In this document: piece after piece, positions 1 to 9,536 of the stretch
Numbering within the stretch: the stretch's first letter is position 1
How the letters are laid out: each line of letters opens with the position of its first letter
Origin: an uncultured Candidatus Bathyarchaeia archaeon
GTDB lineage: Archaea > Thermoproteota > Bathyarchaeia > 40CM-2-53-6 > JALHTG01
Length of the DNA stretch: 64,000 bases
Direction: 5' to 3'
Assembly (NCBI GenBank): GCA_964631575.1
Contig: CAZVYD010000001.1
Coordinates: 33,262-97,261 of the forward strand
Program-made: the position numbers and the translations under genes
Notes under the pieces: generated by a model
Told to the model about the DNA's origin: nothing
Databases searched by the model: none
The model's input: the letters and a program-made list of their open reading frames with translations, nothing else

Positions 1-605
1 GTCAACTTGTCGTAGTCGGCCTTTAGCTGTATGTATTCCGGCGTTGTAGCCAACACGTATGTGAGTGGCCCAGTCTCTTTGTCCACTGTATCCATGTAGG
101 TCCTCCAGCTGTAGTATACCGGGTACCACCACCACCAGTAGCGAGACGTGTTATACAGCCACCAGTATGAGTAATACGAATAGTAGTAGGAGTAGGTGTA
201 GCTGTAGGTTCTGACAGTTTCTGACGCAACTGCCATCAGGAAACTTCGTGGCGCATCTGTCGGAATAGTGTATGCTGCGCTCTTTTGGAAGGAGTTTCCC
301 GAAGCCACACTGACCTGCTTAGCGATCGATGTACTTCCAATAGATCTGGGGTCTCCAGTGGTGGAGTACACGAAAAACTCAACGGATAGATCTTGGACCT
401 CGCAGTCCTTCTTTGCGACCGCAGCTATAGAAACCGTGATTGTTTCTCCAGGCTTTCCGCTAGTAGGGTAGGTAACATCAACATCAAAATACGCCAATGA
501 AAATCTCCTTTGATCAGGGGCTGCGCTCACCGATGCAGCGTTCGCTAGGAAGACGCCTAACACGAATAGGCTAACTATCACGGACAGCTTCTTCAACCGG
601 CTCAC
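1..605 (-). CDS. Secreted/membrane-anchored hypothetical protein with Tyr/Trp-rich segment (3'-truncated by window edge)
   Basis: Hand translation from GTG at 605: MSRLKKLSVIVSLFVLGVFLANAASVSAAP... (signal peptide-like), a beta-rich domain, then TYSYTYSYYYSYYSYWWLYNTSRYWWWWYPVYY. Open to position 1; absent from the ORF track because its stop lies outside the window. Confidence 0.75.
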   Translation of the reverse strand, partial: MSRLKKLSVIVSLFVLGVFLANAASVSAAPDQRRFSLAYFDVDVTYPTSGKPGETITVSIAAVAKKDCEVQDLSVEFFVYSTTGDPRSIGSTSIAKQVSVASGNSFQKSAAYTIPTDAPRSFLMAVASETVRTYSYTYSYYYSYYSYWWLYNTSRYWWWWYPVYYSWRTYMDTVDKETGPLTYVLATTPEYIQLKADYDKL

Positions 606-711
606 CGATATGAACCAGTTTCTTGGTCTATATGGAGGTTTCTCCAAATTCTACCAGAAAGCTGTCAGACATGCCCTCTGGATTTAGTGGGCAGGTTATT
701 AGGTCACCTTG

Positions 712-1755
712 TCAGCCTATGACCTTCTTGAAGACACGCAGGAAGTTGCCTCCAAGTATCTTCAGGACATCGTCTTCCTTGTAACCTCTCCTCACGAGTC
801 CCTCAGTGAAACAGGGCATCTTGGTCACATCTTCCAACCCTTTGGGAGTGGTTTCAATGCCGTCAAAATCGGAGCCAAGGCCCACATAGTCAACTCCCAC
901 AAGCTTCACGACATGATCAACGTGGTCAAGGACTCTTTCCAAGGTTGCGTTTTCCTTCTTCTCATCAACGAAGGCAGGTGCAAAGTTCATTCCCATGACT
1001 CCTCCATTATCCGCGAGCAACTTGATCATTTCATCAGTAAGGTTTCGTCGATGATTGCATACGGCGCGACAGTTCGAATGAGAGGCGATTATTGGACTCC
1101 TTGTTGTTTGCATTACGTCAAAGAACCCGGCATCGCTCAAGTGGGAAACATCTACAACCATATCGATCTTGTTCATCTCGCCTACAACTTCTACACCGAA
1201 GTTCGTTAGGCCGCCTTTGGTCCGTCCCTCCGCTGCCCCGTCCGCAATCTGGTTTCTTTCATTCCAAGTCAACGTGATCGCCCTAACACCCAGCCGATGC
1301 AACATTCTAAGGATACCTAGATCCGCTTCGACAGCCTCTCCTCCTTCAATCGAGAGCATGGCGGCTATCTTGGCTTTCCTTTCGGCCTCGTAGACATCAC
1401 TGACCTTGGTGAATAGCGTCATCTTATCCTTATGTGCGTCGAGCATCTGATAGAATCTGTCGGCCAGTTGCATAACTCGGTGAAGGGCCCGCTCAATCTT
1501 GTATTCAGGCTGGATGTACGCAGCAAAGACCTGTAAATCAACTCCGCTCTCTAACAGGCGCGGTAGGTCAACATGTCCTCTCTCCGATCGTTCTCCAAAG
1601 TTCCGTGGAGTTGGAAGTTTCACTGGTCTAGCGGGTGGAGCCATTATTTCGAGTAATGTATCGATGTGGGCGTCTACAACAGTGGCACGTTTATGCAGCT
1701 CCAGAACTGCTTGATCCATTTCTCGTTCTAACCTCTGTTCTGAATTACGCGCCAT
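712..1755 (-). CDS. Membrane dipeptidase (peptidase M19, renal dipeptidase family)
   Basis: VDAHID, HVDLPRL, SIEGGE, VDVSHL, ASHSN, GLGSDFDG and ILGGNFLRV motifs; true start may be the ATG near 1719. Confidence 0.93.
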   Translation of the reverse strand: MARNSEQRLEREMDQAVLELHKRATVVDAHIDTLLEIMAPPARPVKLPTPRNFGERSERGHVDLPRLLESGVDLQVFAAYIQPEYKIERALHRVMQLADRFYQMLDAHKDKMTLFTKVSDVYEAERKAKIAAMLSIEGGEAVEADLGILRMLHRLGVRAITLTWNERNQIADGAAEGRTKGGLTNFGVEVVGEMNKIDMVVDVSHLSDAGFFDVMQTTRSPIIASHSNCRAVCNHRRNLTDEMIKLLADNGGVMGMNFAPAFVDEKKENATLERVLDHVDHVVKLVGVDYVGLGSDFDGIETTPKGLEDVTKMPCFTEGLVRRGYKEDDVLKILGGNFLRVFKKVIG

Positions 1756-1936
1756 ATAGTGGGACTATGTCGCCATTTATTGCTATGTCTGAATAAGCAG
1801 AGTCGAGAATCTACAGATAGACCGAAGAACCTTTCCAAAACACTGCTCGGAAGGTCAGCGTTCACACGGTCGGATGGTTGACACAAAGAGACCATATATC
1901 TGTCCGATGATTCCTAGTGGGCTGTGGCGATTTGAG

Positions 1937-2986
1937 ATGCGGATAGTCGATCTGAGAAGTGACACCGTTACTCTTCCCACCGAAGAGATGCTAGAGGCGA
2001 TTAGAGTCGCTGAGCTTGGCGACGATGTCTACGGGGAAGATTCGACAGTTAACCGGTTGGAGGAACTCGCCGCCAAGAAGATGGGTAAGGACGCCGCGCT
2101 TTTGACAACGAGTGGAACACAGGCGAACCTTGTGAGCGTGATGAGTCAAACGAAGAGGGGAGACGAGGTCATCTTGGAGGCGGACGCTCACATGTACTAC
2201 TATGAGGTTGGAGCCTTCTCGGCTCTGGGCGGATTAATACCGCGCCTCGTGAAGGGGCACATGGGAGTGATGGCTCCGGAAGATATTGAGGAGGCGCTGA
2301 GGCCTCCCAACATTCACTTTCCCCCTACGAGCCTGATCTGTATCGAGAACACCCACAACCGCGCCGGCGGAACGATATGGTCGCCATCCCAGATCAAAGC
2401 AGTTTCCGACCTTGCCAAGAGTCGAGGCTTGAGAGTTCACATGGACGGTGCGAGGATATTCAATGCCGCCGTGGCATTGGAACTTGACGTACAGGAGTTT
2501 ACGCGACACGTTGACACGTTGATGTTCTGCCTCTCCAAGGGTCTAAGCGCGCCCATCGGATCGCTGGTAGTAGGAGAGCGGGAATTTATCGGCCGTGCGA
2601 GGAAATACCGGAAGATGCTGGGAGGTGGCATGAGGCAGGCAGGGGTGATCGCCGCACCAGGAATAATCGCGATCGAGAAGATGGTTGAACGCCTCAAGGA
2701 TGATCATGACAATGCCCAACTGTTAGCCGCAGGTCTTTCAAAGATCGAGGGAATCGCTGTAGATCTGTCGCGGGTACAGACAAATATCGTCCTTTACGAC
2801 GTGAGTGGCCTCGGAGTCGACGGAAAGATCTGGGTCACCGAACTCAATAAGCATGGAGTAAAAGCTGGCGCACAAGAGCTGGGACGCGTGAGGATGGTCA
2901 CTCACAGAGGTATCGAGAGGGAAGACATCGAACATGCATTGGTCGTAGTGGAGAAAGTAGCTAAGGAAATCCGTCACAAACGGTAG
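1937..2986 (+). CDS. ltaE: Low-specificity L-threonine aldolase
   Basis: DLRSDTVT, GDDVYGED, SGTQAN, ENTHN, HMDGARIFNA, CLSKGL (PLP Lys), GGGMRQAG; start trimmed to MRIVDLRSD. Confidence 0.95.
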   Translation: MRIVDLRSDTVTLPTEEMLEAIRVAELGDDVYGEDSTVNRLEELAAKKMGKDAALLTTSGTQANLVSVMSQTKRGDEVILEADAHMYYYEVGAFSALGGLIPRLVKGHMGVMAPEDIEEALRPPNIHFPPTSLICIENTHNRAGGTIWSPSQIKAVSDLAKSRGLRVHMDGARIFNAAVALELDVQEFTRHVDTLMFCLSKGLSAPIGSLVVGEREFIGRARKYRKMLGGGMRQAGVIAAPGIIAIEKMVERLKDDHDNAQLLAAGLSKIEGIAVDLSRVQTNIVLYDVSGLGVDGKIWVTELNKHGVKAGAQELGRVRMVTHRGIEREDIEHALVVVEKVAKEIRHKR

Positions 2987-3068
2987 CCGGGGGGAGACCA
3001 TGAGTAGCCCACCCGTCAACTCTTAGTGCTATATCTCGGTTCCACAGTGAACTATGTGAGGTAAAGCC

Positions 3069-3404
3069 ATGTTCGTCAAGAGGATCAACGGCAAGGACTA
3101 CACTTTCAGAATGTACTGGGACGCAGCTACTCCTGGATCTTACTACTGGATGATTGTTGAAGCGACACTTAAGCCGGAGATAGACCGAGCTTCGGAGGCG
3201 ATACCAGAAGAAGTGGTCAACAGGATCCATCAATTGCTTGAGAAGCATGCAGGTTTTCCAAACGTGCCCGCTCCAGCCTACGAGGAGGAGAGAAAGATTA
3301 TGCGTTTCAAGATTCGCTTGAGAAGGACGCCTGACGGCGCACGTCCCCGTAAAGCTTCTGATTGGATAAAGAACCTAGAGAGGGCTATTCAAGTCGAACT
3401 CTAG
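3069..3404 (+). CDS. Hypothetical protein
   Basis: 111-aa ORF with GAGGT SD-like motif upstream; fills the gap co-directionally; no family recognised. Confidence 0.6.
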   Translation: MFVKRINGKDYTFRMYWDAATPGSYYWMIVEATLKPEIDRASEAIPEEVVNRIHQLLEKHAGFPNVPAPAYEEERKIMRFKIRLRRTPDGARPRKASDWIKNLERAIQVEL

Positions 3405-3546
3405 AGCGAGGCGCCCTCAGCATCTAGGAAGCTTCTAATGTCATAGTTTTCCTCTAGGAGTCTGCATAGTGAAAGGGCAATTTCTCAAATATGTCAAGCG
3501 ATAAGTACTCAAATACTCTTGTGAGATCTTTGGAGCTGTGGTTCAG

Positions 3547-5013
3547 ATGAGGTTTGTCGTTGGGATGCTGAGCCATGAAACGAACACGTTCAGCTCAGTA
3601 AAGACAGAGCTTCGCCACTTTCAGGAACGCTCACTTTTCTACGGGAAGGATATGTTCGAGGAGTTCAGGGGCACTAAGACATCTATCGGAGGCGCCATGG
3701 ACGCAGCGGCATCGAACAATATTGAGCTAATACCGACTGTTGCCGCAAATGCGATGCCATCGGGGATAGTCACCGCTGACACGTACCGCATCCTAAAGGA
3801 AAGGATCCTTAACGACACCAAGAAAGTCGGAAAGGTTGACGGCGTAGTTGCGTTGCTTCACGGGTCCATGGTAGCAGAAGGAGTAGGGAACGCTGAAGGG
3901 GACCTCTTGCATTCGGTTCGAGAAGTTGTTGGGCCGACAGTGCCGATCGCTTGTACGCTCGACCTTCATGCAACGATTACGAACTTGTTGGTGGAATCAT
4001 CTGACCTGCTTTTCGGCCATAACACGAACCCTCACGTCGATTCTTATGAGCGAGCTGTTGAGGCGTGCAACGCCGTGGTCGCTATGGTCAAGGGAAAGAT
4101 CAAACCTGTGAAGGCTTTGCGTAAGCCTCCTATGATGCCGCCCACAATCAACATGAGAACGACCGAGGGTCCGATGGTGAAGATCTTTGAGAGGGCTTAC
4201 GCCATGGAGCGGAATCCGGCTGTCATCAATGTCAATGTGGCTGGAGGCTTTCCGTTTGCGGACACTGAGGACTCGGGATTCAGCGTAGTAGTCATAACGA
4301 ATGATGACCGAGATTTGGCTGAGAAATACGCGCAGGAACTCTCAGACTTCGCTTGGAATCTTCGAAAGGAATTCCTGAAACCACTGACCCCTGTCCCTGA
4401 GGCCGTTAGAAGAGCCATTGAGGCAAAGGAGGGGCCCGTGATTCTAGCAGATGTCGCGGACAACCCGGGTGGCGGCGGCTCAGGCGATGGAACGGTAGTG
4501 CTCAAGACTTTGATTGAAATGGGTGCGAGAAACGTGGGATTCGCACTGATCAAGGATCCTGAAGTAGTAGCCAAAGCCATCGAAGCAGGCGTAGGGGCAA
4601 CGGTCACCATGAAAGTCGGCGGAAAGACCGACAGCCTTCATGGACCACCAGTCGAAGTCACTGGCCAAGTCAAGACGATCACTGATGGAGTATTCGTGCA
4701 TAAGGGTCCCATGTCAACTGGTTCGAAGGGCGAAGTCGGTCGAAGCGTCGTCTTGGAGATTGACGGCATCGACCTGATCATGTCCGAGCGAAAGATGGCG
4801 CCAAACGATCCTGAGATATTCAGAAGGCATGGCATCGAACCGACGGAAAAGAAGATTCTAGTCGTAAAGTCGAGAGGACATTTCAGAGCAGCATACGAGC
4901 CCTTCGCCAAGGAGATAATTGAAGTTGACGCACCGGGCGTAGCCAGCCCTAACCTCAAGCAGTTTCCATACAAACATGTTAGGCGGCCAATCTTCCCGCT
5001 CGACGATATCTAA
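3547..5013 (+). CDS. M81 family metallopeptidase (MlrC-like)
   Basis: HETNTFS, LHGSM, TLDLHA, PHVD, DVADNPGGG, VVKSRGHFRA, RPIFPLD. Confidence 0.92.
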   Translation: MRFVVGMLSHETNTFSSVKTELRHFQERSLFYGKDMFEEFRGTKTSIGGAMDAAASNNIELIPTVAANAMPSGIVTADTYRILKERILNDTKKVGKVDGVVALLHGSMVAEGVGNAEGDLLHSVREVVGPTVPIACTLDLHATITNLLVESSDLLFGHNTNPHVDSYERAVEACNAVVAMVKGKIKPVKALRKPPMMPPTINMRTTEGPMVKIFERAYAMERNPAVINVNVAGGFPFADTEDSGFSVVVITNDDRDLAEKYAQELSDFAWNLRKEFLKPLTPVPEAVRRAIEAKEGPVILADVADNPGGGGSGDGTVVLKTLIEMGARNVGFALIKDPEVVAKAIEAGVGATVTMKVGGKTDSLHGPPVEVTGQVKTITDGVFVHKGPMSTGSKGEVGRSVVLEIDGIDLIMSERKMAPNDPEIFRRHGIEPTEKKILVVKSRGHFRAAYEPFAKEIIEVDAPGVASPNLKQFPYKHVRRPIFPLDDI

Positions 5014-5696
5014 TCGAACGCGCCATTTCGTGAGAGGGAATCAGAACCTAAATTCAATCGCCTTATTCGTTCCCTCACGGGAGAAGGGAGACCTCGCCTG
5101 AGGAAATCCTTCGCCAGCCTCAGTAGCGCAGTTTCCAACCGGACAAGGTTCAGTCCACTCCGCCTAGCGTAAAGCTTCAGGTCTTTGATTCCTAAGCTCT
5201 TTTGAGCTTGCCTGACTAGAGGAGTGGGTTTGGGATCTGCCTTCAGCCATATCACTCGCATGTCTCTAAGGAAGATCGATGTGGTCGCCGGGCCTATGCC
5301 CTTTCCAAGCGCCATTATTCTGACTTCCAAGTCTCTGCTGTCAAGTGCTACTTCATGAAGTCTATTCAAGTCGCCTCCGTACATTTTCATCAGGCCCTGT
5401 GCGATATTCAGCAGCTTTGTTGCCGTGCTGAAATCATACCGTGTGTAGCCCCCTTCATCAAGGACCGAAACGAGTCCATCCCACCCTGTCTTGAGAATCT
5501 TGTCAGGGGTGAGAATTCTCCGCTTCTCAAAGCATCTGTAGGTCTTCGTTGCGGAGGATTCTCTAATGGGTTTACCGTAAAGCATTGATGCTAAGAACCA
5601 CTTGAAGGCCTCGCCTGATCTGCCGCTCTCCAAATCTATGCCGAGAAGCTTTGAATATGGTTTCCCGTAGCGGCGAACGAATTCCTTCAAGTTCAA
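5010..5696 (-). CDS. HhH-GPD superfamily-like protein
   Basis: FKWFLASMLYGKPI, LDEGGYTRYD and KGIGP helix-hairpin-helix followed by IFLRD. Confidence 0.7.
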   Translation of the reverse strand: MNLKEFVRRYGKPYSKLLGIDLESGRSGEAFKWFLASMLYGKPIRESSATKTYRCFEKRRILTPDKILKTGWDGLVSVLDEGGYTRYDFSTATKLLNIAQGLMKMYGGDLNRLHEVALDSRDLEVRIMALGKGIGPATTSIFLRDMRVIWLKADPKPTPLVRQAQKSLGIKDLKLYARRSGLNLVRLETALLRLAKDFLRRGLPSPVRERIRRLNLGSDSLSRNGAFD

Positions 5697-5910
5697 CTAT
5701 CGCGCGCCTTCCTAGACCCTGGCAATATCAAAGATAGACCCAGTATTGGATATGAGTCGCCTCGGCGTTAAGAGGAGTTTCCCGAAATCGAGTTGCCGAT
5801 CTGACTGCTATGTGAAGGAGCATGTTATCTCCCATCTTGAATAGGTTCATTTAGAAGATGACGACTTACTCTCTAAAGGATTGATTCAATTCGCATTGAG
5901 TTGTGAGACT

Positions 5911-7164
5911 ATGCCGTTCAAGGTTCGGGATCTAAGTTTGGCTGACGCCGGCAGATTGAAGATCGAATGGGCAACTACGCGAATGCCGGTTCTCGCAAGG
6001 CTACGAGATGAGTACTCCTCCAAGAGGCCGCTTAACGGTCTTCGCATCTCTGGCTGTCTTCACATTACGAAAGAGACCGCGGTTCTAGTTGAGGCGTTGA
6101 GAGCGGCTGGCGCGGAAACGGCGTGGAGTGGGTGCAACCCTCTCTCTACTCAGGACGATGTCGCCGCTGCCCTAGCTAAGGAAGGCGTAAGCGTCTACGG
6201 TTGGCGCGGTCTGAGCACAGAGGAGTACTACTGGTGTATCGATCAAACGATCGAGTTCAAGCCTAATTTGACCTTGGATGATGGAGCGGACTTGGTCATG
6301 AGGCTCCACGAGAAGGGCACTGACCAACTCAGGGAGGTGGTAGGCGGCACTGAGGAGACCACCACAGGGGTACATCGTCTTAGAGCTATGCATGAGGCGG
6401 GCCAACTCAGATATCCAATAATTGCTGTCAACGATGCCGAGACCAAGTGGGACTTTGATAACGTCTGGGGGACAGGCCAGTCCTCGATTGACGGCATCGT
6501 GAGAGCAACGAACGTTCTCATTGCAGGAAAGAACTTCGTGGTCGCAGGCTATGGGCACTGCGGACGAGGAGTAGCGATGAGGGCAGCAGGACTCGGCGCC
6601 CGACCGATCATATGTGAGGTTGACCCGTTGAAGGCTCTGAAAGCCGCGATGGAAGGATTCGAGGTTACAACAATGATGGAAGCCGCCAAGATAGGAGACA
6701 TATTCATCACCGCAACCGGATGCAAAGATGTGATCACGAGTGATCACATGGAGAGGATGAAGGATGGAGCCATCCTTTGCAATACAGGGCACTTCAATGT
6801 CGAAGTTTCAGTTCAAGACCTAGAGCAAATAACCGTCAAGAAGCAAGAGATAAGGCCGAACAATGTTGAGTACACGCTCCGCGACGGTAGGAGGGTCTAC
6901 CTTCTGGCTGAAGGCCGCCTAGTAAACTTGGCAGCGGCAGAGGGACACCCTTCAGAGATAATGGACATGAGCTTCGCAAACCAGTTTCTATCACTTCTCC
7001 GCCTAGCCAAGGAGGGGAGAACGATGAAGCCTGGGGTCTACAACGTTTCGAGGGAACAAGATCAAGAAGTGGCGAGGACAAAGCTGGAAACTATGGGAAT
7101 TCGAGTCGATACACTAACCTCTGAGCAGGAAAGATACCTCAAATCCTTCAAGGAAGGAACGTGA
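5911..7164 (+). CDS. ahcY: Adenosylhomocysteinase (SAH hydrolase)
   Basis: GCLHITKET, CNPLSTQD, EETTTG, FDNVWGTGQS, GRLVNL, GHPSEIMDMSF. Confidence 0.97.
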   Translation: MPFKVRDLSLADAGRLKIEWATTRMPVLARLRDEYSSKRPLNGLRISGCLHITKETAVLVEALRAAGAETAWSGCNPLSTQDDVAAALAKEGVSVYGWRGLSTEEYYWCIDQTIEFKPNLTLDDGADLVMRLHEKGTDQLREVVGGTEETTTGVHRLRAMHEAGQLRYPIIAVNDAETKWDFDNVWGTGQSSIDGIVRATNVLIAGKNFVVAGYGHCGRGVAMRAAGLGARPIICEVDPLKALKAAMEGFEVTTMMEAAKIGDIFITATGCKDVITSDHMERMKDGAILCNTGHFNVEVSVQDLEQITVKKQEIRPNNVEYTLRDGRRVYLLAEGRLVNLAAAEGHPSEIMDMSFANQFLSLLRLAKEGRTMKPGVYNVSREQDQEVARTKLETMGIRVDTLTSEQERYLKSFKEGT

Positions 7165-7231
7165 ATCACAGCGCAACTCACTACCGGAAAACAAGCGTAA
7201 TGGTAAGCTCCACCGACTTCTCTTCTACTGA

Positions 7232-7456
7232 GATTCCTTTCTGGGGCGAGTGAACGTTTTCGAGTTGCTCGAAAGAATCGATGACATGGCCGACATCGCA
7301 AAGGATGCTTCCATGGCCGCGACTGAAATCAACATTCACGCGCTGGTTTTCCATCCCCTTCTGGAAGATCAAGATTCGTTGTATGATATGATCGATGAGG
7401 TGACCAAGTCAGCCAAGGCCTTCAACGCAGCAAGCAAGCTAGGACCTAGATGCTGA
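7232..7456 (+). pseudogene. Internal fragment of DUF47/PhoU-like phosphate-transport regulator
   Basis: SFLGRVNVFELLERIDDMADIAKDA resembles the DUF47 'FLP-DREDILEL-E-LDD-AD-AKDA' helix; in-frame TGA immediately upstream; no N- or C-terminal halves. Confidence 0.5.
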
Positions 7457-8092
7457 GACTTGCCCCATCTGATTCCTGAATGATCTGGATAGGCGTACGC
7501 CATCGGTTTCGTACTTGAGCCCTAGGTACCGATACTCGGCGCGGCTCCGTTCTATTATCTTCTGCACTGACCTGATCAGAGGTTTAGCTCCTTCGTATAG
7601 CTTTACGATGTTCAGGAGGTTTGTGGCCTTCCAGTCTGAGTACATCAGGAGCGATATAGTGTCAATCCTATCCTTCATCCCCTTCTCCGATGTCCATCGG
7701 TCCTCGGCGACTTGGGCCTTCAGAAGTAGAAGCGGTTCTGGGAGAGCCACATCGAACCCTTCGATATCGGTGAACCATCTGTACTTGTAGAATGCGCTAC
7801 AAGGCAGAATCAGGTTTGACATGAAGGGAGTGTATATGTCCACATCAACGCCAGCAACAACCGCCTCCATTTTCCTCAAGCGCGGATTCTTCTTCACGAG
7901 GATGTTTTGTCTTTGGAGTTCTTGCTGGAGTCTGTAGAAGTTATTCTGGTCGATGCAGATGTCTACATCTCGGCTCTTCAGCCTCCTAGCCCAGAAGTAA
8001 ACTGCCCAACCGCCAATGACTATGAAATCTGCCAGCTTTCTTACATCTTTGAGGGCGTTCCAAGACTTCTCCGTTAATTCTTCGTGCCACAT
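7439..8092 (-). CDS. Pol-beta superfamily nucleotidyltransferase, AbiEii-like putative type IV toxin
   Basis: FIVIGGWAV...SRDVDI signature, second-strand DVDI, LLLLK and KDRID C-terminal motif. Confidence 0.7.
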   Translation of the reverse strand: MWHEELTEKSWNALKDVRKLADFIVIGGWAVYFWARRLKSRDVDICIDQNNFYRLQQELQRQNILVKKNPRLRKMEAVVAGVDVDIYTPFMSNLILPCSAFYKYRWFTDIEGFDVALPEPLLLLKAQVAEDRWTSEKGMKDRIDTISLLMYSDWKATNLLNIVKLYEGAKPLIRSVQKIIERSRAEYRYLGLKYETDGVRLSRSFRNQMGQVSASRS

Positions 8093-8101
8093 GAGCTTTC
8101 A

Positions 8102-8713
8102 CTACCAGATGCTGAACTGAGGATAGCTTTCGATGATGTCCCGGAGGTAGGGAGTCGCGGGAGGGCCGTCCACTGAGTATATGTCCACGTAGACTTGGGG
8201 TACGCAGGCAACCGAGTTCACTGCCGTTTCCGTGAGGTGTTTGTCTCCGGTTATGAGTGCGAAAATGTTGGGGTTCGTGCTTCGCCTTTGTGGCTCTCTG
8301 AACCTGACCCAATCTTTGAATCTAGCTTGGTCTATGACGTAGAAGTATAACCTATCATACTCTGCTGGGGCTTTTCCGGAGAGAGATTTCCAAGCAGAAA
8401 AGGCGGTCATGACAACACCCGATGGTAGCGATCTCTCCGTTTCTCTCAAGTCGTCAAGCCTGAAGGAGTCCAAGAGGTCTTTGTCAACGTTTCTTTCAGT
8501 TGCCCATAGATTTAGCACTCTACCGGGCGAGAGAACTCTGACTCCTTGGGAGGTAGCCTCGACAGCAAGCGTCAACGAAAGCTTTCTTATGGTTTTGTTG
8601 ACGAGGCCGAGTGAAACATTGCATCTGCGAGCCAACTCTTCTTGGGTAACCCTATCCGTTCCCATCATGGACGAGAGTAGGAGTTGGCGGTATATCGATT
8701 CAAATTTGTACAT
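8102..8713 (-). CDS. Winged-HTH transcriptional regulator, AbiEi-like putative antitoxin
   Basis: TQEELARRCNVSLGLVNKTIRKL HTH; C-terminal MTAFSA...PQVYVD; ATG at 8713 lies about 27 nt downstream of a TATA box; operonic with the NTase. Confidence 0.7.
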   Translation of the reverse strand: MYKFESIYRQLLLSSMMGTDRVTQEELARRCNVSLGLVNKTIRKLSLTLAVEATSQGVRVLSPGRVLNLWATERNVDKDLLDSFRLDDLRETERSLPSGVVMTAFSAWKSLSGKAPAEYDRLYFYVIDQARFKDWVRFREPQRRSTNPNIFALITGDKHLTETAVNSVACVPQVYVDIYSVDGPPATPYLRDIIESYPQFSIW

Positions 8714-8718
8714 TGCGT

Positions 8719-8768
8719 TTTCACTCTTGCGTCTGGTGCTTTTATATACCTTTCGCTGAACAGTGAAA
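8719..8768 (-). promoter_or_regulatory. BRE/TATA promoter with overlapping palindrome (putative autoregulatory operator)
   Basis: Minus strand reads CGAAAGGTATATAAAAG; palindrome TTTCGCTG-AA-CAGTGAAA at 8751-8768; extra TTTCACT half-site at 8719-8725. Confidence 0.55.
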
Positions 8769-9078
8769 GAGGAAGCAACCCCCCTCTTGCTGCCATTGAG
8801 CACGGCTAGCCTTGTGGATAGGCGCCAAGAACCTCCAATTCCAAGCGAACGGCATGAGGCAAACCGGTCAACGATTGTGAGGTCCCCTATCAGCACAGCG
8901 TGCAGATCTTCACTTCCTTTGCCAAACTAGGCCGAAACGGGGAGTGACCGCTTGGAGGCTGTGTGAAAGAGGTTCCAACAAGAAGTCGAACAGTTTTCAC
9001 ACTCAGGGGTGATTCAGGGTTGTGAGTCAAGCCCAGCAATATGCCTAGTCTCTTTGGAAGATCGCCGGATCTCCCCGG

Positions 9079-9402
9079 TCATTTCGCTCTTTCAAGTCTG
9101 AATACGACAGGTCTCAGTCCATCTGTGCAGCATGAGTACGCAACACCCGGCTCCTGCATCCATGGGTAGCTTCCACCGAATCGAAGGTGCGCTATATCTC
9201 GTTGGATGTCTGCGAACGCCCATCCACAGAAGCCCTGAGGGCACATGCCCTTTTCTGATATGAAGGTGTCGCCTTCTTTGAGTCTTGGACAGACCGGATC
9301 GACCTCTTGTGAGATCTTTGGAGGCGATGATCCGAATACATCTTTCACAGAAAGCTTCTTGGCCACCGTTATCTTCACATCGTACTGTTCCATCGTTCTC
9401 AC
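9079..9402 (-). CDS. TIGR04076-family protein
   Basis: CP..K.GD.F, CPQGFCGWAF and CCTDGLRPVVFRLE. Confidence 0.8.
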   Translation of the reverse strand: MRTMEQYDVKITVAKKLSVKDVFGSSPPKISQEVDPVCPRLKEGDTFISEKGMCPQGFCGWAFADIQRDIAHLRFGGSYPWMQEPGVAYSCCTDGLRPVVFRLERAK

Positions 9403-9536
9403 CGACCCGACATATCGTATCCGGACTCTTAACGCTTCCCAGAGACAGATAGCCTCCTGTGACTCACGACTGCCTTATGAAAACATTCACACATCCAAGG
9501 AGCGCACGGATTGAGGTTAACAAACTTTGTCTAATG

